Assembly: GCA_963705255.1 (NCBI GenBank) | Contig: OY970061.1 | Coordinates: 512,001-576,000, forward strand | Source: an uncultured Methanoregulaceae archaeon | Lineage (GTDB): Archaea; Halobacteriota; Methanomicrobia; Methanomicrobiales; Methanospirillaceae | Length of the DNA: 64,000 nt | Direction: 5' to 3' | In this document: positions 33,443 to 43,330 of the stretch, piece by piece | Layout of the letters: every line of letters begins with the position of its first letter | Position numbering within the stretch: position 1 is the stretch's first letter | The notes under the pieces: generated by a model | What the model was told of the DNA's origin: nothing | The model's database searches: none | The model's input: the letters and a program-made list of their open reading frames with translations, nothing else | Program-made: the position numbers and the translations under genes

Positions 33443-33804
33443 TCACTTCCGCGCTTCTTCGCTCTTAAGGATCTGTCGGATCTCGGTTTTCAGGTCAGGC
33501 AGTTTGTTTGTAGCGTTATCCCAGAGGATCGTATATTTGATCCCGAAATAGACATGGGTGAGGACGTCGCGGAACCCGGCAATCTTTTTCCAGTCCGTAT
33601 TGGGATACCGCTCCTTGAGATCGTCCGGGAGTTTTTCATCGCTTCCCCAATAACCTGAAAATTCCTGATAACGGCATCCCGGCGTCGGCGGTCATGAGAA
33701 AATTCTTCGAATGAGATCCCGCTTGTATCCTCTTCGATATTGCCGATTGATTCGAGGATATCGTCAAGGTACTGGAGCACGGTCCTACGTATAGACGACC
33801 TCAC
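33443..33804 (-). CDS. HepT/DUF86 HEPN ribonuclease toxin, with an indel in an A-run near 33635
   Basis: YLDDILESI, DAVIRNFQVIGEA, then in the shifted frame WKKIAGFRDVLTHVYFG (RX4HXY). Confidence 0.82.
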
Positions 33805-34070
33805 TGAGGATGTAGGGTTTAAGCCGTTTCTTGATTGCACCTTTCATGATGAGATCGACATTGCGCCCGAACAGGTCTTCGAGATAGAACTTGCAATCCA
33901 TATAGTTTATCGAAAGTCTCCTCTCCTTCCCGGAACGTTACGAGAACGTCAACGTCACTTTCCGGCCGCGCCTCTCCCCGTATAAATGAACCAAAGATGC
34001 CAATTGTTGCAATCCCGAACCGTTTCTTCAGTTCCGGTTCGTGCTGACGGAGGAGTTTAAGAACATCCAT
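33785..34070 (-). CDS. MntA-like minimal nucleotidyltransferase antitoxin, with an indel near 33905
   Basis: IFGSFIRGE...SDVDVLV; continues YMDCKFYLEDLFGRNVDL...KPYILSEV in the next frame. Confidence 0.82.
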
Positions 34071-34375
34071 AAATTTTCTGTACGTGAGAGTTTGTGTGTT
34101 TCTGATATTAATGCATTGACGGTTTTGGGCTTTATCCCGAAGCTAATTCTTATCCCCCGATGGCTATAGCATGAGGAGAGCCCACTCATACCATAACGGC
34201 CAGCCTCTGCCCGGAATTTTTCAACCAGACCTTGCAGGAAAAATTTTAACCGATCCCCAGACCCCGGCCTGAAAAAGACGCGAATGAAAGTCTCCTGGAT
34301 TGTATGAACGGCTGCTGAAAATGCCTGGCTTTTCAGACCATTGTAACCGGTCATGCGGTGGAAAAGCGGGTCTGG

Positions 34376-35632
34376 TCAGGGCGGATGATCGCCAGCCCCC
34401 CACCGTTTCCGGATCCCCTGCGCCGCCAGGTACCCGGTCGAGAACGCGACCTGCAGGTTGTAGCCTCCGGTATCCCCGTCGATGTCCAGCACTTCGCCGG
34501 CAAAAAACAGCCCGGGCACGATGGTCGATTCCATGGTCTTCTGGTTAACGCCCTCCAGCGCAACGCCGCCGCGGGTGGCCATCGCGACGGAATATTCTCC
34601 GAGCGCGGCAACCGTCAGCGGGAATTCCGTGCAGTTCGTGACTAGTTTCGATCGCTGCGCTGCCGGGAAGTGGGAGCATTTGAGGTCATCCGGGATGCCG
34701 GACAAGACCAGCAGTTTTTTGTTGAGGCGCTCCGGGATCGGGTACGCGGCAAGGATGGTCCGGACCTGCCAGCCGGGGTTCTCCTGCACGCGCTTAGCAA
34801 GGTCAGCGGCAAACTCCTCGCGTCTCATGGCGCCCACAAACGAGAGCCGGATACCATCCCCTGCCCGGATATCCCGCGATGCATCCAGGATGCCAGGGCC
34901 GGAAAGGCCAAGGTGCGTGAAGAGGAGATCCCCGGAATAATCCGCAACTTTCTTCCCGTCCCTCCAGACCGAGAACGGAAGGGACTCAAACGAGATGCCG
35001 GAGAGCGCTGCAAACGGGAAGTTGCCGATCTTCAGCGGGGCGAGTGCCGGTGCGGTCTCCGTCAGCGGCTGGCCAAGTGCTGCAGCGAAGCGGTACCCGT
35101 CACCGGTCGAGCCGGTCAGCGGATAGGACCTACCGCCGGTGGTAATGACGACTGCGCCGGCACGGTATAAGGTTGTGCCGGTCTGTACGATAAACCCCTC
35201 CTGGTCCTGCACTATCTCCTCAACCTGCTCCGCACACCTCAGTTCCACGCCCCGCTTCCCGCATTCCCGTACGAGGATCGAGAGGACGTCCGCCGAGGCG
35301 CGGGTCTCCGGGAACACTTTCCCGTCCTCACCGGCCGCCATCCCAAGGCCGCGCTCAGAAAAGAAACGGACGAGGTCGTCGTTGGTAAAACCATGGAGGG
35401 CCGGCTTGAGGAACCTGCCGTTCTTCCCGTAGTGCGATAGAAATTCAGCAACCGTGCCGGTATGAGTGATGTTGCACTGCCCCGACCCGGTGAGCAGGAG
35501 CTTGGCGCCCGGCATCGCATTTTTTTCCAGGAGCACGACCCGGCGGCCCGGCACGGCAGCATGGACTGCACAGAAGAGCCCGGCCGGCCCGCCCCCGATC
35601 ACCACGGCATCGGACTGTTCGATCGCGATCAC
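34376..35632 (-). CDS. HI0933/BaiN-family flavoprotein
   Basis: GGGPAG, KLLLTGSGQCNIT, TGSTGDGY, LFTH.GLSGP, GDTGGYNLQ.AFSTG. Confidence 0.93.
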   Translation of the reverse strand: MIAIEQSDAVVIGGGPAGLFCAVHAAVPGRRVVLLEKNAMPGAKLLLTGSGQCNITHTGTVAEFLSHYGKNGRFLKPALHGFTNDDLVRFFSERGLGMAAGEDGKVFPETRASADVLSILVRECGKRGVELRCAEQVEEIVQDQEGFIVQTGTTLYRAGAVVITTGGRSYPLTGSTGDGYRFAAALGQPLTETAPALAPLKIGNFPFAALSGISFESLPFSVWRDGKKVADYSGDLLFTHLGLSGPGILDASRDIRAGDGIRLSFVGAMRREEFAADLAKRVQENPGWQVRTILAAYPIPERLNKKLLVLSGIPDDLKCSHFPAAQRSKLVTNCTEFPLTVAALGEYSVAMATRGGVALEGVNQKTMESTIVPGLFFAGEVLDIDGDTGGYNLQVAFSTGYLAAQGIRKRWGAGDHPP

Positions 35633-35718
35633 TTCCCGGATACCGTAGGTTGCCCGGGTTTAGATAGATCGTCCCAGGGCCCGGCGCCGGGGAATCGCCT
35701 CACTATCCGGCAGGATTC

Positions 35719-36076
35719 ATGAGGGCGACCCCCTCTCTCAGGTCGCAGAACTCTGACGAGTTCTTCTCCAGTCTGCTCTTCCCTTCGGGAACAGCAGTCT
35801 CCCTAGAGGGGGGAGGCATCCCAAAGGGAGCGCCCCCTTGACCCCCTCCTATTATTCATCCAGTTCTCTGAAAATTTCTCACTAACCTTCTGAGTGATTA
35901 TCGCGCTGTGGGGGATGCCACAGCGGCGGGGAATTAACCGTCGCATCAGCGAGGGTTAATTGGAGAAGAATTCATCAGAATTCTTCGACTGCGAAGGCGA
36001 CAGCATTCGAAGAACCCTCCGGGTTCTTCTCAAGCCTGTTCTTCCCTTCGGGAACAGCAGTCTCCCCCAAGAGCGT
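35719..36076 (-). repeat. Host repeat B with three mini-elements (35740-35800, 35932-35990, 36005-36063)
   Basis: Collinear with 51198-51382 after the inserts are removed. Confidence 0.9.
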
Positions 36077-36134
36077 CTTTTTTTATCTCTTCAAAGCAGG
36101 AAAAACAAAAAAAACCGAAAACTAAAAAACCAAT

Positions 36135-36416
36135 TTATGCGTGATGGCTTTTTGCTCGCTTGCGCAGGGCCTCGGCATAGTGGTGGCGGAGTTCTGCGGT
36201 CTCCTCTGCAGTAAAATCTTTCTTTTTTGTGGCGTGGAGGTGCTTTTCCATCTGTTTTACGATATGCTCGGCCTCGTGGTAATCCTCGACCTCGAGATAC
36301 GCGGGTGCCCTGGCAACCTCATGCGCATGCCCGCAGAGCGGACAGAGTTTCCAGCGCTGGAAACGGTCCACGTAGGAGAACGTCCTGCATCCCGGGCAGC
36401 GGATGATGAGGTACAT
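36135..36416 (-). CDS. DUF1922-like zinc-ribbon protein
   Basis: MYLIIRCPGC...LCPLCG. Confidence 0.75.
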   Translation of the reverse strand: MYLIIRCPGCRTFSYVDRFQRWKLCPLCGHAHEVARAPAYLEVEDYHEAEHIVKQMEKHLHATKKKDFTAEETAELRHHYAEALRKRAKSHHA

Positions 36417-36560
36417 GGTAATCAGGTGATGGGTGCTATCCTCATAAAAATATATCGGCGGACGGTTAAAACGTTTCACCGGATTTCTCCCGGTTATATG
36501 ACGGATGCCCCAAAAACCCGGAGCATACAAGGCCCTGTCTTCGTGCAGGGTATACCGTGG

Positions 36561-37412
36561 CTACCGGTCACACTGGTGATGCCAGCCCCCGGCGGATTTT
36601 TTCGGCATTTTCGGCAACAGCCGCGCCACAATGGCAGCAAGGATGAAGAAACAGATGGTAACAAGGACAATTGACCCGCCCGGGGCGAGGTTATACATGA
36701 ATGACAGCTGTAACCCGGCAAAGACCGAGAAGACCGCGGTACCGCAGGCAGCGAGTACGGTCCGCTTGAACGGCATCTTCAGTTGTATCATCGCAGATGC
36801 CGGGATTACGATCAGGCTTGACACCAGGAGAACACCCACCAGCCGCATCGCAACGACCACGGTCAGACCGGTCAGTATGGTGAAGACAAGTTCCAGTGCC
36901 GGCACCGGCAGTCCTGAAACTCTGGCGAACTCCGCATCGACCGTGATCCCTACCCATTCCTTCCAGAACAACAATAAAATACCGATGACTATCACCCCGA
37001 GACCTGCCGCAAGGTAGATATCTGTCTGGTTTATACCGAGGATTGTCCCGAAAAGAAAGGAGAGGACGTCGACGGCCACATTCTGCGTGATGCTTACGAG
37101 GATGATCCCGATTGCGAGCCCTGCTGCAAACAGGATCGCGATTGCTGCATCCGAGGCCACCCGTAATTTACCGAGCGCGTGGATACCCAGTGCCCCGAGC
37201 ACCACCCCGGCAACGGCCGTGTATAACGGGTAAATTCCCGTGAATAACCCGAAGGCGATCCCGCCAAAGGCTACATGGCTCAGCCCGTCTGCGATGAGTG
37301 AGAGTCTCCGGAGGACGAGGAACACCCCGAGGCTCGAACAGGTGACTGCGACGATCAGCCCCCCTGTCAGGGCGCGGACTCCGAACTGGTAGGCTAAAAA
37401 TTCAAGGACCAT
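36561..37412 (-). CDS. znuB: Zn/Mn ABC transporter permease
   Basis: LIADGLSHVAFGG, FLFGTI, VGVLLVSSLIVIP. Confidence 0.9.
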   Translation of the reverse strand: MVLEFLAYQFGVRALTGGLIVAVTCSSLGVFLVLRRLSLIADGLSHVAFGGIAFGLFTGIYPLYTAVAGVVLGALGIHALGKLRVASDAAIAILFAAGLAIGIILVSITQNVAVDVLSFLFGTILGINQTDIYLAAGLGVIVIGILLLFWKEWVGITVDAEFARVSGLPVPALELVFTILTGLTVVVAMRLVGVLLVSSLIVIPASAMIQLKMPFKRTVLAACGTAVFSVFAGLQLSFMYNLAPGGSIVLVTICFFILAAIVARLLPKMPKKSAGGWHHQCDR

Positions 37413-37421
37413 GGTCTGATC

Positions 37422-38183
37422 TCAGGTGCTTCTGCCTGCCTCTATCATCAGGTTCCACAGGCCTTCCGCGTTGAGGTTCGCAGCGGGGCCGTCGTAGATC
37501 ACCTTCCGTTGCAGGAATATGACCCGTTCGACATGCGCTGCCAGGTCAGGCAGGTCGTGCAGGATCATCAGGACGGTGATCCGGTGCGCTTTGTTCAGGT
37601 GAGTGACCAGTTTATAGAACTCCTGCTTGCTCTGGGCATCGACACCGTTCGTGGGTTCGTCGAGGGCGATGATATGGGGCCTGCCGACAAGTGCGCGGGC
37701 GATCAGGGTTCTCTGCTGCTGGCCGCCGGAAAGGTCTGAAAACAACTCGTGCTGCACATTTTCAAGACCCGCTTCTGCGATTGCATTGCCGACAGCCCTC
37801 TTACTGTCGGAATTCATGCGCCTGAACAGTCCTACCTGGCCGAACGTTCCCATCTCGACGACTTCCCGGGCAGTAACCGGAAATTGTTCCTGCCTGATGA
37901 CCGGGTTCTGGGGGACATAGCCGATGCAGGGCCTGCAGGGGGTCATGCCCTCGCATTCATCGATATGGCAGGTGAATGCAACGGTTCCCTTGTCGGGCTT
38001 CAGGAGGCCGACCATGATCTTCATGAGGGTGGATTTCCCCGAGCCGTTCGGCCCGGCAATTCCCACGAGCTCTTCCTGCCGGATCGAGAGTGATACATCT
38101 TCGAGGACGGTGTTTGCCCCGTACGCAAACCAGACATTGTCCAGGGTGAGACAGACCTGCTCACCTTCATGGGTCACTGGCAT
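37422..38183 (-). CDS. znuC: Zn/Mn ABC transporter ATPase
   Basis: GPNGSGKST, IGYVPQ, LSGGQQQR, LDEPT. Confidence 0.9.
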   Translation of the reverse strand: MPVTHEGEQVCLTLDNVWFAYGANTVLEDVSLSIRQEELVGIAGPNGSGKSTLMKIMVGLLKPDKGTVAFTCHIDECEGMTPCRPCIGYVPQNPVIRQEQFPVTAREVVEMGTFGQVGLFRRMNSDSKRAVGNAIAEAGLENVQHELFSDLSGGQQQRTLIARALVGRPHIIALDEPTNGVDAQSKQEFYKLVTHLNKAHRITVLMILHDLPDLAAHVERVIFLQRKVIYDGPAANLNAEGLWNLMIEAGRST

Positions 38184-39208
38184 ACCATCGCTTTTTTCAT
38201 TTCCTGCAGGTTGTTCTCCATGATCGCCACGTAATCGGTATCCTCCGGCGTCAGGGGGCCCGAAGGGAGTACCTCCATTGTGGTGAACGCATACAAGGGA
38301 AGATTGAGTTCGGCAGATACGGATTTACTCAGGTCTTCAGCTTCATCCGGTTCCGCGAGGACTCCTCTTGCATTGTGTGCCTTTGCCTCACTGACGATGG
38401 CCGCCATCTGCTGAATGGATGGTTCCGCGTCGGGACTCATCCCGGCAATGGAGATCGGTGTCAGGTTGTACGCCGCCGCAGTATAGTCAAGGAAGGCGTG
38501 CGAGCTCAGGAACGTCCTGGTGGTGCAGTTCGAAAACCCTGCCTTGTAGTCGGAGTCGAGCTGTTTCAGCCGTTTTTCAAATGCTGCAGCATTATTCTGG
38601 TAATCGGTCGCATTTTCCGGGTCTGCTTCTGATAGTTGTTGGGCTACGTAGGGTACATAATACTCTGCCAGCTGCGGCGATAACCAGAGATGCGGGTCCT
38701 GGGTCAGGTTCGGGAAGTCCGCGTACCGGCTCTTCATCTGGTCATAGACAGGTCCCGGGATGGCATCGGCGAAGGTCACGAGTTGTATATCAGGGTTTGT
38801 CGAATCTGCAAGGGTTGCTGCCCAGGGTTCGAGGAACGGACCGTCATAGAAGAAGATCTTCCCGTTTTTCAGAGCTACTGCATCGTCCGGTGTCGGCTCA
38901 TAATCATGGGGATCGGCGCCGGGCGGGAGTATCTGGGTGATGGTGATATGATCCCCGCCAACGGGTGCGACGAGGAGCGTGAACGGGCGGAACGAGGTGA
39001 TTACCGGTAATCCGTTTCCTGAACCGGTAGCCTGGGCTGATCCTGGGACGCCGGTAGTGGATTGACCGCCGGGCGCATTCTTTGCGGGAGTGGCACCCGG
39101 TTGAATAGATCCCTGCGAGCTGCTCGTGCAGCCGGTTGCTGCAGCGAGCACAAGAATGATTACCAGGGCCGCGATCGGCAGAATCGATTTATATTGTCTT
39201 TGTACCAT
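38174..39208 (-). CDS. znuA: Zn/Mn ABC transporter substrate-binding lipoprotein
   Basis: Lipobox ATGC, DPHDYEPTP, DPHLWLSP, HAFLDY. Confidence 0.9.
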   Translation of the reverse strand: MVQRQYKSILPIAALVIILVLAAATGCTSSSQGSIQPGATPAKNAPGGQSTTGVPGSAQATGSGNGLPVITSFRPFTLLVAPVGGDHITITQILPPGADPHDYEPTPDDAVALKNGKIFFYDGPFLEPWAATLADSTNPDIQLVTFADAIPGPVYDQMKSRYADFPNLTQDPHLWLSPQLAEYYVPYVAQQLSEADPENATDYQNNAAAFEKRLKQLDSDYKAGFSNCTTRTFLSSHAFLDYTAAAYNLTPISIAGMSPDAEPSIQQMAAIVSEAKAHNARGVLAEPDEAEDLSKSVSAELNLPLYAFTTMEVLPSGPLTPEDTDYVAIMENNLQEMKKAMVCQ

Positions 39209-39287
39209 CCGGACCACAATCCATCGCTTGACACCCGTCTCTTTTCTGCAAATCTGCTTCGCCGGGTGTCCATATAAAAGTTGTGAG

Positions 39288-39309
39288 AATTTTGGACAGT
39301 TCCCAAATT
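39288..39309. promoter_or_regulatory. Candidate operator (imperfect palindrome) next to the znuA TATA box
   Basis: AATTTTGGACAGTTCCCAAATT; minus-strand TTTTATAT at 39272-39279; related copy at 39895-39916. Confidence 0.5.
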
Positions 39310-39441
39310 TTTCTTTCATGTTCTTTCCGGGCCGGCCAAAAACGCATCCGAAGGAATTTTTCAGAATGCCCACCTGCGGCTGCCCGGAGAGAGCGGGTGC
39401 AATCGATACCGCCGGAACAAAGGTTCAGGTTCCCGGCCTTA

Positions 39442-39864
39442 TTACCTGAGGCAGCCGTCATCATGCGTTATATCCCCGCAGACACCCTGGTTCGGATGTC
39501 CCATGGCCCTGCACATCCGGTCTATGGCATCCTTCGAGACGAAACTCTCGAACCTCGAGACCTCACGGCAGGCCTGTTCATGCGAAAGACCAAAATGCGT
39601 CAGCGCCAGCGCGAGAATCCTGTGTCTTTTGATCAGGAATTCTGCCGTGATCTTTCCTTTCTCCGAGAGCGATACCCCGTAATACGGTGTGTAAACCAGA
39701 AGCCCCTCACCGGCAAGTTCGACAATGGTTTTTGTAATGGTTGAAGGGTCCACGCCAAAACCGGCGGCCAGGTCATTCGTCTTCACAGGACTGTTCTTCC
39801 CGTTCATGAATTTGATATATTCGACTTTCTTTGGCGAAAGTTCAAGCCCGGTATCCCCGCTCAT
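39442..39864 (-). CDS. DtxR/MntR-family metal-dependent regulator
   Basis: EYIK, VDPSTITK, YTPYYGVSL, KRHRIL, FESFVS, MGHP..GVCG. Confidence 0.88.
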   Translation of the reverse strand: MSGDTGLELSPKKVEYIKFMNGKNSPVKTNDLAAGFGVDPSTITKTIVELAGEGLLVYTPYYGVSLSEKGKITAEFLIKRHRILALALTHFGLSHEQACREVSRFESFVSKDAIDRMCRAMGHPNQGVCGDITHDDGCLR

Positions 39865-40076
39865 GGGTACAATGTTCATGGGTAAACCAAAAAATGTTTG
39901 TAATCAGTCCAAAAATATCCGGGGATCAGATTTGCTTGAATGCCGTGATAATGAATTCACTTCGTGCCCGGGCATCGCGCAGGTCAGGTATCTCCGGTTG
40001 GAGTAAAAAAGGCAGAGGCACGGATGCGCTGAGTGGGAAGAAAAGGCTTTGGAGAAATCATAGGTTTTCATCTTAG

Positions 40077-40371
40077 ACGCTCTGAGGGCTACGGCATCTG
40101 ATCCCTCCCCGCTGCTTAGGCATCCCCCATAGAGAGATAGTCCCTTAAAAGGTTAGTGAAAATCCTGCCGAAAATGGGGTCGCAGATTTACTTTGTAAAT
40201 CTTCTCCTCTTCGAGGTCTGAAGACCTCTCAGAGATTCAAGGGGATGCTCCCCCTGCGTTGCCCCCCTTCTGGGGGCAGACTGATGTTCCCGAAGGGAAA
40301 TCGCGGAAGGTTGTCTCTCTTTTACCATTGCGATGAACGCCGCCGCCCCCGACGGGGCGCCCCCGCGGCGG
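40077..40371 (+). repeat. Host repeat B (mini-element 40179-40236, remnant 40278-40299) followed by the left arm of repeat A (40330-40371)
   Basis: Similarity to 3638-4080 and 57107-57148. Confidence 0.85.
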
Positions 40372-40472
40372 TTTTTATACGGTTATATTTGAAAAAACGA
40401 ATGGTAAAATTCACTTTCATTCTGCGTAATACAGATTATTAAATACAGGGATTAAGAATAGTCCATTGAGAT

Positions 40473-41096
40473 ATGGATTTGTCGATAAAAGACCGTAAAA
40501 AATTATGGAGCGCGGCTTCCGGAATATGTTCCTATCATCATAATGGCGAAAATTGTGAAAAAAAACTATTTGCAGCGAATGGAATGGTTGATACCAACCT
40601 AGGTGAAGAGTGCCATATTGTCGGTGAAAGACCCGGCGCTGCAAGATATCTAGAAAATTTTGCTGAAAAAGAGACTTCCGACAATGCAATTGTCCTATGC
40701 AAAATACATCATAAAATTGTTGATGATAATCCCGATGAATATACGGTGGACGTCCTTAAAAGAATGAAAGAGGAGCATGAACGCACAATCTCCGAAAGAT
40801 TAGCAAATCGAGAAATTGTACCATTTATATTAAATGATTGTCAGATCTTGCTTAAAGTTGATAAAGCGGAAGAAGATGTAATAGGATTAGATGTTCAGAG
40901 ACCCGCAATACTTTCGAATGTTGGTGTAAGGGTCCAAGTAGGTGAAGCCAAGACCGCAATTGGAATGAAGGTTTCAGGAGGACTTACTGTAACAATGGGT
41001 TATTGTGAAAATTGTAAAAGATATTTTAGTAAATCCTTTTCAGGTCAACAAGATACGCAAATTAAAGAATGCCCTTCCTGTCATCGACCTGTATAA
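40473..41096 (+). CDS. AT-rich HNH endonuclease with C-terminal zinc ribbon
   Basis: LWSAASGICS..C, GEECHIV, NAIVLCKIHHKIVD, MKEEHE; C-terminal CENC...CPSC. Confidence 0.88.
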   Translation: MDLSIKDRKKLWSAASGICSYHHNGENCEKKLFAANGMVDTNLGEECHIVGERPGAARYLENFAEKETSDNAIVLCKIHHKIVDDNPDEYTVDVLKRMKEEHERTISERLANREIVPFILNDCQILLKVDKAEEDVIGLDVQRPAILSNVGVRVQVGEAKTAIGMKVSGGLTVTMGYCENCKRYFSKSFSGQQDTQIKECPSCHRPV

Positions 41097-41140
41097 AACC
41101 TTCCTGCCCCGCCGTGCCTCGGAGAGGCCCTGAGGCGGGG
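41095..41140 (+). repeat. Right arm of repeat A, overlapping the HNH stop codon
   Basis: 46 nt identical to 21275-21320. Confidence 0.9.
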
Positions 41141-41301
41141 GCCTCCCCTATCAGAATTTTCATAATTTTTTGTGGAATTATCCATCTTTTTCGTTTCAAC
41201 CGAACATGGTGAAGAAACTGGATCGTCCCAGCCGGTACAAGTGGACCTCCACGCTCAATCCGAAACCGCTATATCGGGCGATCATTCATAGAGATGTGAC
41301 T

Positions 41302-42054
41302 ATGGAACACATACAGGTCATGGGTGTGCAGGGACTGCCGCTCATCCATGCGGGCGATAACATTGCAGCAATGATCTGCGAACGCGTGCCGGTGCGGGAC
41401 AACGATATCCTCTGCATCGCATCGACCATCTATTCCAAGGCCCGGGGGTACACAAAACTGCTCTCCGCCATCACCCCTTCAGAGCGGGCCGTGCGGCTGG
41501 GGAACCTGAACGGCGAGGACCCGCGTTTTGTCCAGGCCGTGCTGGACGCGTCCACGGACGTCATCATGGAGCACCCCTTCATCCTCTCCGAACTCGCGTT
41601 CGGGCATGTCGGCGTGAGAGCCGGAGTGGACCAGTCCAATATCGAGGACGGCATGGTCATCTTCCTCCCTCCGGACCCCATGAAATCGGCAGACGAAGTA
41701 CGGGCTGAAATCCGTTCGATCGCCAATGCGGATACCGGCGTGATCATCACCGATACCTGCGGGAGGTCATTCCGCCGCGGCCAGACCGGCAACGCCATCG
41801 GGTGGAGCGGTTTTCCGGCAATCCGGGACTTCCGTGGCGACACAGACCTGTTCGGGCACGTGCTCAAGATCACCGAGGAGGCGGTCGTGGACGAGATCGC
41901 CGGGTTCGCCAACTTCGTGATGGGGGAGAGCAACAATGGTGTCCCCGCAGTCGTCTTCCGCAACTGCCCGAAGTGGACCGGTCACGACAGCCTGTATTTT
42001 ACGAACAACGAGGATATCACAAAACGCGTGCTGAAAAAAGAGTGGGGTCAGTAG
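41302..42054 (+). CDS. cofE: Coenzyme F420-0:L-glutamate ligase
   Basis: AGVDQSN, VIITDTCGRSFRRG, DFRGDTDLFG, AVVDEIA, GE...GVP. Confidence 0.93.
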   Translation: MEHIQVMGVQGLPLIHAGDNIAAMICERVPVRDNDILCIASTIYSKARGYTKLLSAITPSERAVRLGNLNGEDPRFVQAVLDASTDVIMEHPFILSELAFGHVGVRAGVDQSNIEDGMVIFLPPDPMKSADEVRAEIRSIANADTGVIITDTCGRSFRRGQTGNAIGWSGFPAIRDFRGDTDLFGHVLKITEEAVVDEIAGFANFVMGESNNGVPAVVFRNCPKWTGHDSLYFTNNEDITKRVLKKEWGQ

Positions 42055-42206
42055 ACGATATTCAGGATGAGGATGAAGATGCCGAACGCCGCGGCGACGG
42101 CCATGACGGTAATGGGGCTGATATGGACAGCCCGCCGGTCCTCGCTCTCATAGTAGTTGACGAGACCTGCTGAGGAGAGTAATCTCCCGCCTTGCTTCTT
42201 TGCCAT
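42048..42206 (-). CDS. secG: Preprotein translocase Sec61-beta subunit (52 aa)
   Basis: MAKKQGGRLLSSAGLVNYYESEDRRAVHISP plus one TM segment; below the ORF-track cutoff. Confidence 0.92.
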   Translation of the reverse strand: MAKKQGGRLLSSAGLVNYYESEDRRAVHISPITVMAVAAAFGIFILILNIVY

Positions 42207-42251
42207 GCAAATATATTTCATTTCTCGATATATAAAGGAGAGTTACGCCGT

Positions 42252-43292
42252 ATGAAAAAGACGCAGCAGCAGGTGTCCGGACTGGCACTGGTCGGGGAGG
42301 ATCTCTTACCCTCGCGGGTGGATATTTTTATCGAGGACGGGACCATCACGGCGGTCGAGGAGAACCGGAACGTCCCGGAAGTCTGGGTCTGCCCGGCATT
42401 TTTCAATGCCCATACGCACCTTGGCGATACCATCGCCATGGACTGTGGTGCCGGGGGAGATCTTGCCGCGCTGGTCACACCGCCCGACGGGCTGAAGCAC
42501 CGGTTGCTGGCGGCCGCCACGCGGGACGATCTCGTTGCCGGGATGCGGTCCAGTATCCGCGGGATGATTGCCGGGGGGACCGCCGGGTGTGCGGATTTCC
42601 GGGAAGGCGGCACCGGGGGGGTTGCGGCCCTGCGCGAATCCGTCCGGGGGCTCCCGTTCCGGACCTGTATTTTCGGGCGCGGCGGCGGGGAGACGGTTGC
42701 CGAGGGGCTGGGGATCAGCAGCGCCAGGGATGTACCCGACACGGAACATCTCGTGGCAGAAGCACGCCGGGCCGGGAAGAAAGTGGCGTTCCATGCAGGT
42801 GAACGGGACAAGGACGATGTGGACCTGGCGCTCTCGTTCGACCCGGACCTCATCATCCATGCGACCCATGCGACGAAAGGCCAGCTCCGGCAGTGCGCTG
42901 AAAGAGGGATCCCTGTCGTTGTCTGTCCCCGCTCCAACTGGACGCTCAGGGTTGCATCCTCATGCCGGCACCCCCCGCTTGCCCTGATGGAGGAACTCGG
43001 CTGCAGGATCTATCTCGGTACCGACAACGTGATGTTCGTAGCCCCGGATATGCCGTCCGAACTGTCGTTTGCCTCAACGGTCTACGGTCTGGAGCCGTCT
43101 TGCCTGCTCCGGGCTGCGATCCGTGGTTCCGAGATGACCGGCTCACCGTTTTTTATCCGGGCAGGGGCGAGGGCGAACCTCGTAGTCATCGATCCCACGC
43201 GGTCGTCCCTCCGCTTCTCGCGCGATCCGCTCGCTTCACTGGTGAAACGGGTGGATTTTGCCGTTTTCGGCAATAACGTTTTTAATTCGTAA
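42252..43292 (+). CDS. Metal-dependent amidohydrolase
   Basis: FNAHTHLGD, FHAGE, IIHATH, CPRSN, LGTDN. Confidence 0.88.
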   Translation: MKKTQQQVSGLALVGEDLLPSRVDIFIEDGTITAVEENRNVPEVWVCPAFFNAHTHLGDTIAMDCGAGGDLAALVTPPDGLKHRLLAAATRDDLVAGMRSSIRGMIAGGTAGCADFREGGTGGVAALRESVRGLPFRTCIFGRGGGETVAEGLGISSARDVPDTEHLVAEARRAGKKVAFHAGERDKDDVDLALSFDPDLIIHATHATKGQLRQCAERGIPVVVCPRSNWTLRVASSCRHPPLALMEELGCRIYLGTDNVMFVAPDMPSELSFASTVYGLEPSCLLRAAIRGSEMTGSPFFIRAGARANLVVIDPTRSSLRFSRDPLASLVKRVDFAVFGNNVFNS

Positions 43293-43330
43293 ATCCAATA
43301 AAAGAGGCATGTTTGTTTTTGGTGATACCG

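Noticed and set aside
40077-41096. HEARO/omegaRNA with IscB or IshB
   Set aside because: The protein has no PLMP N-terminus or RuvC motifs, and the upstream structured sequence recurs elsewhere without the gene.
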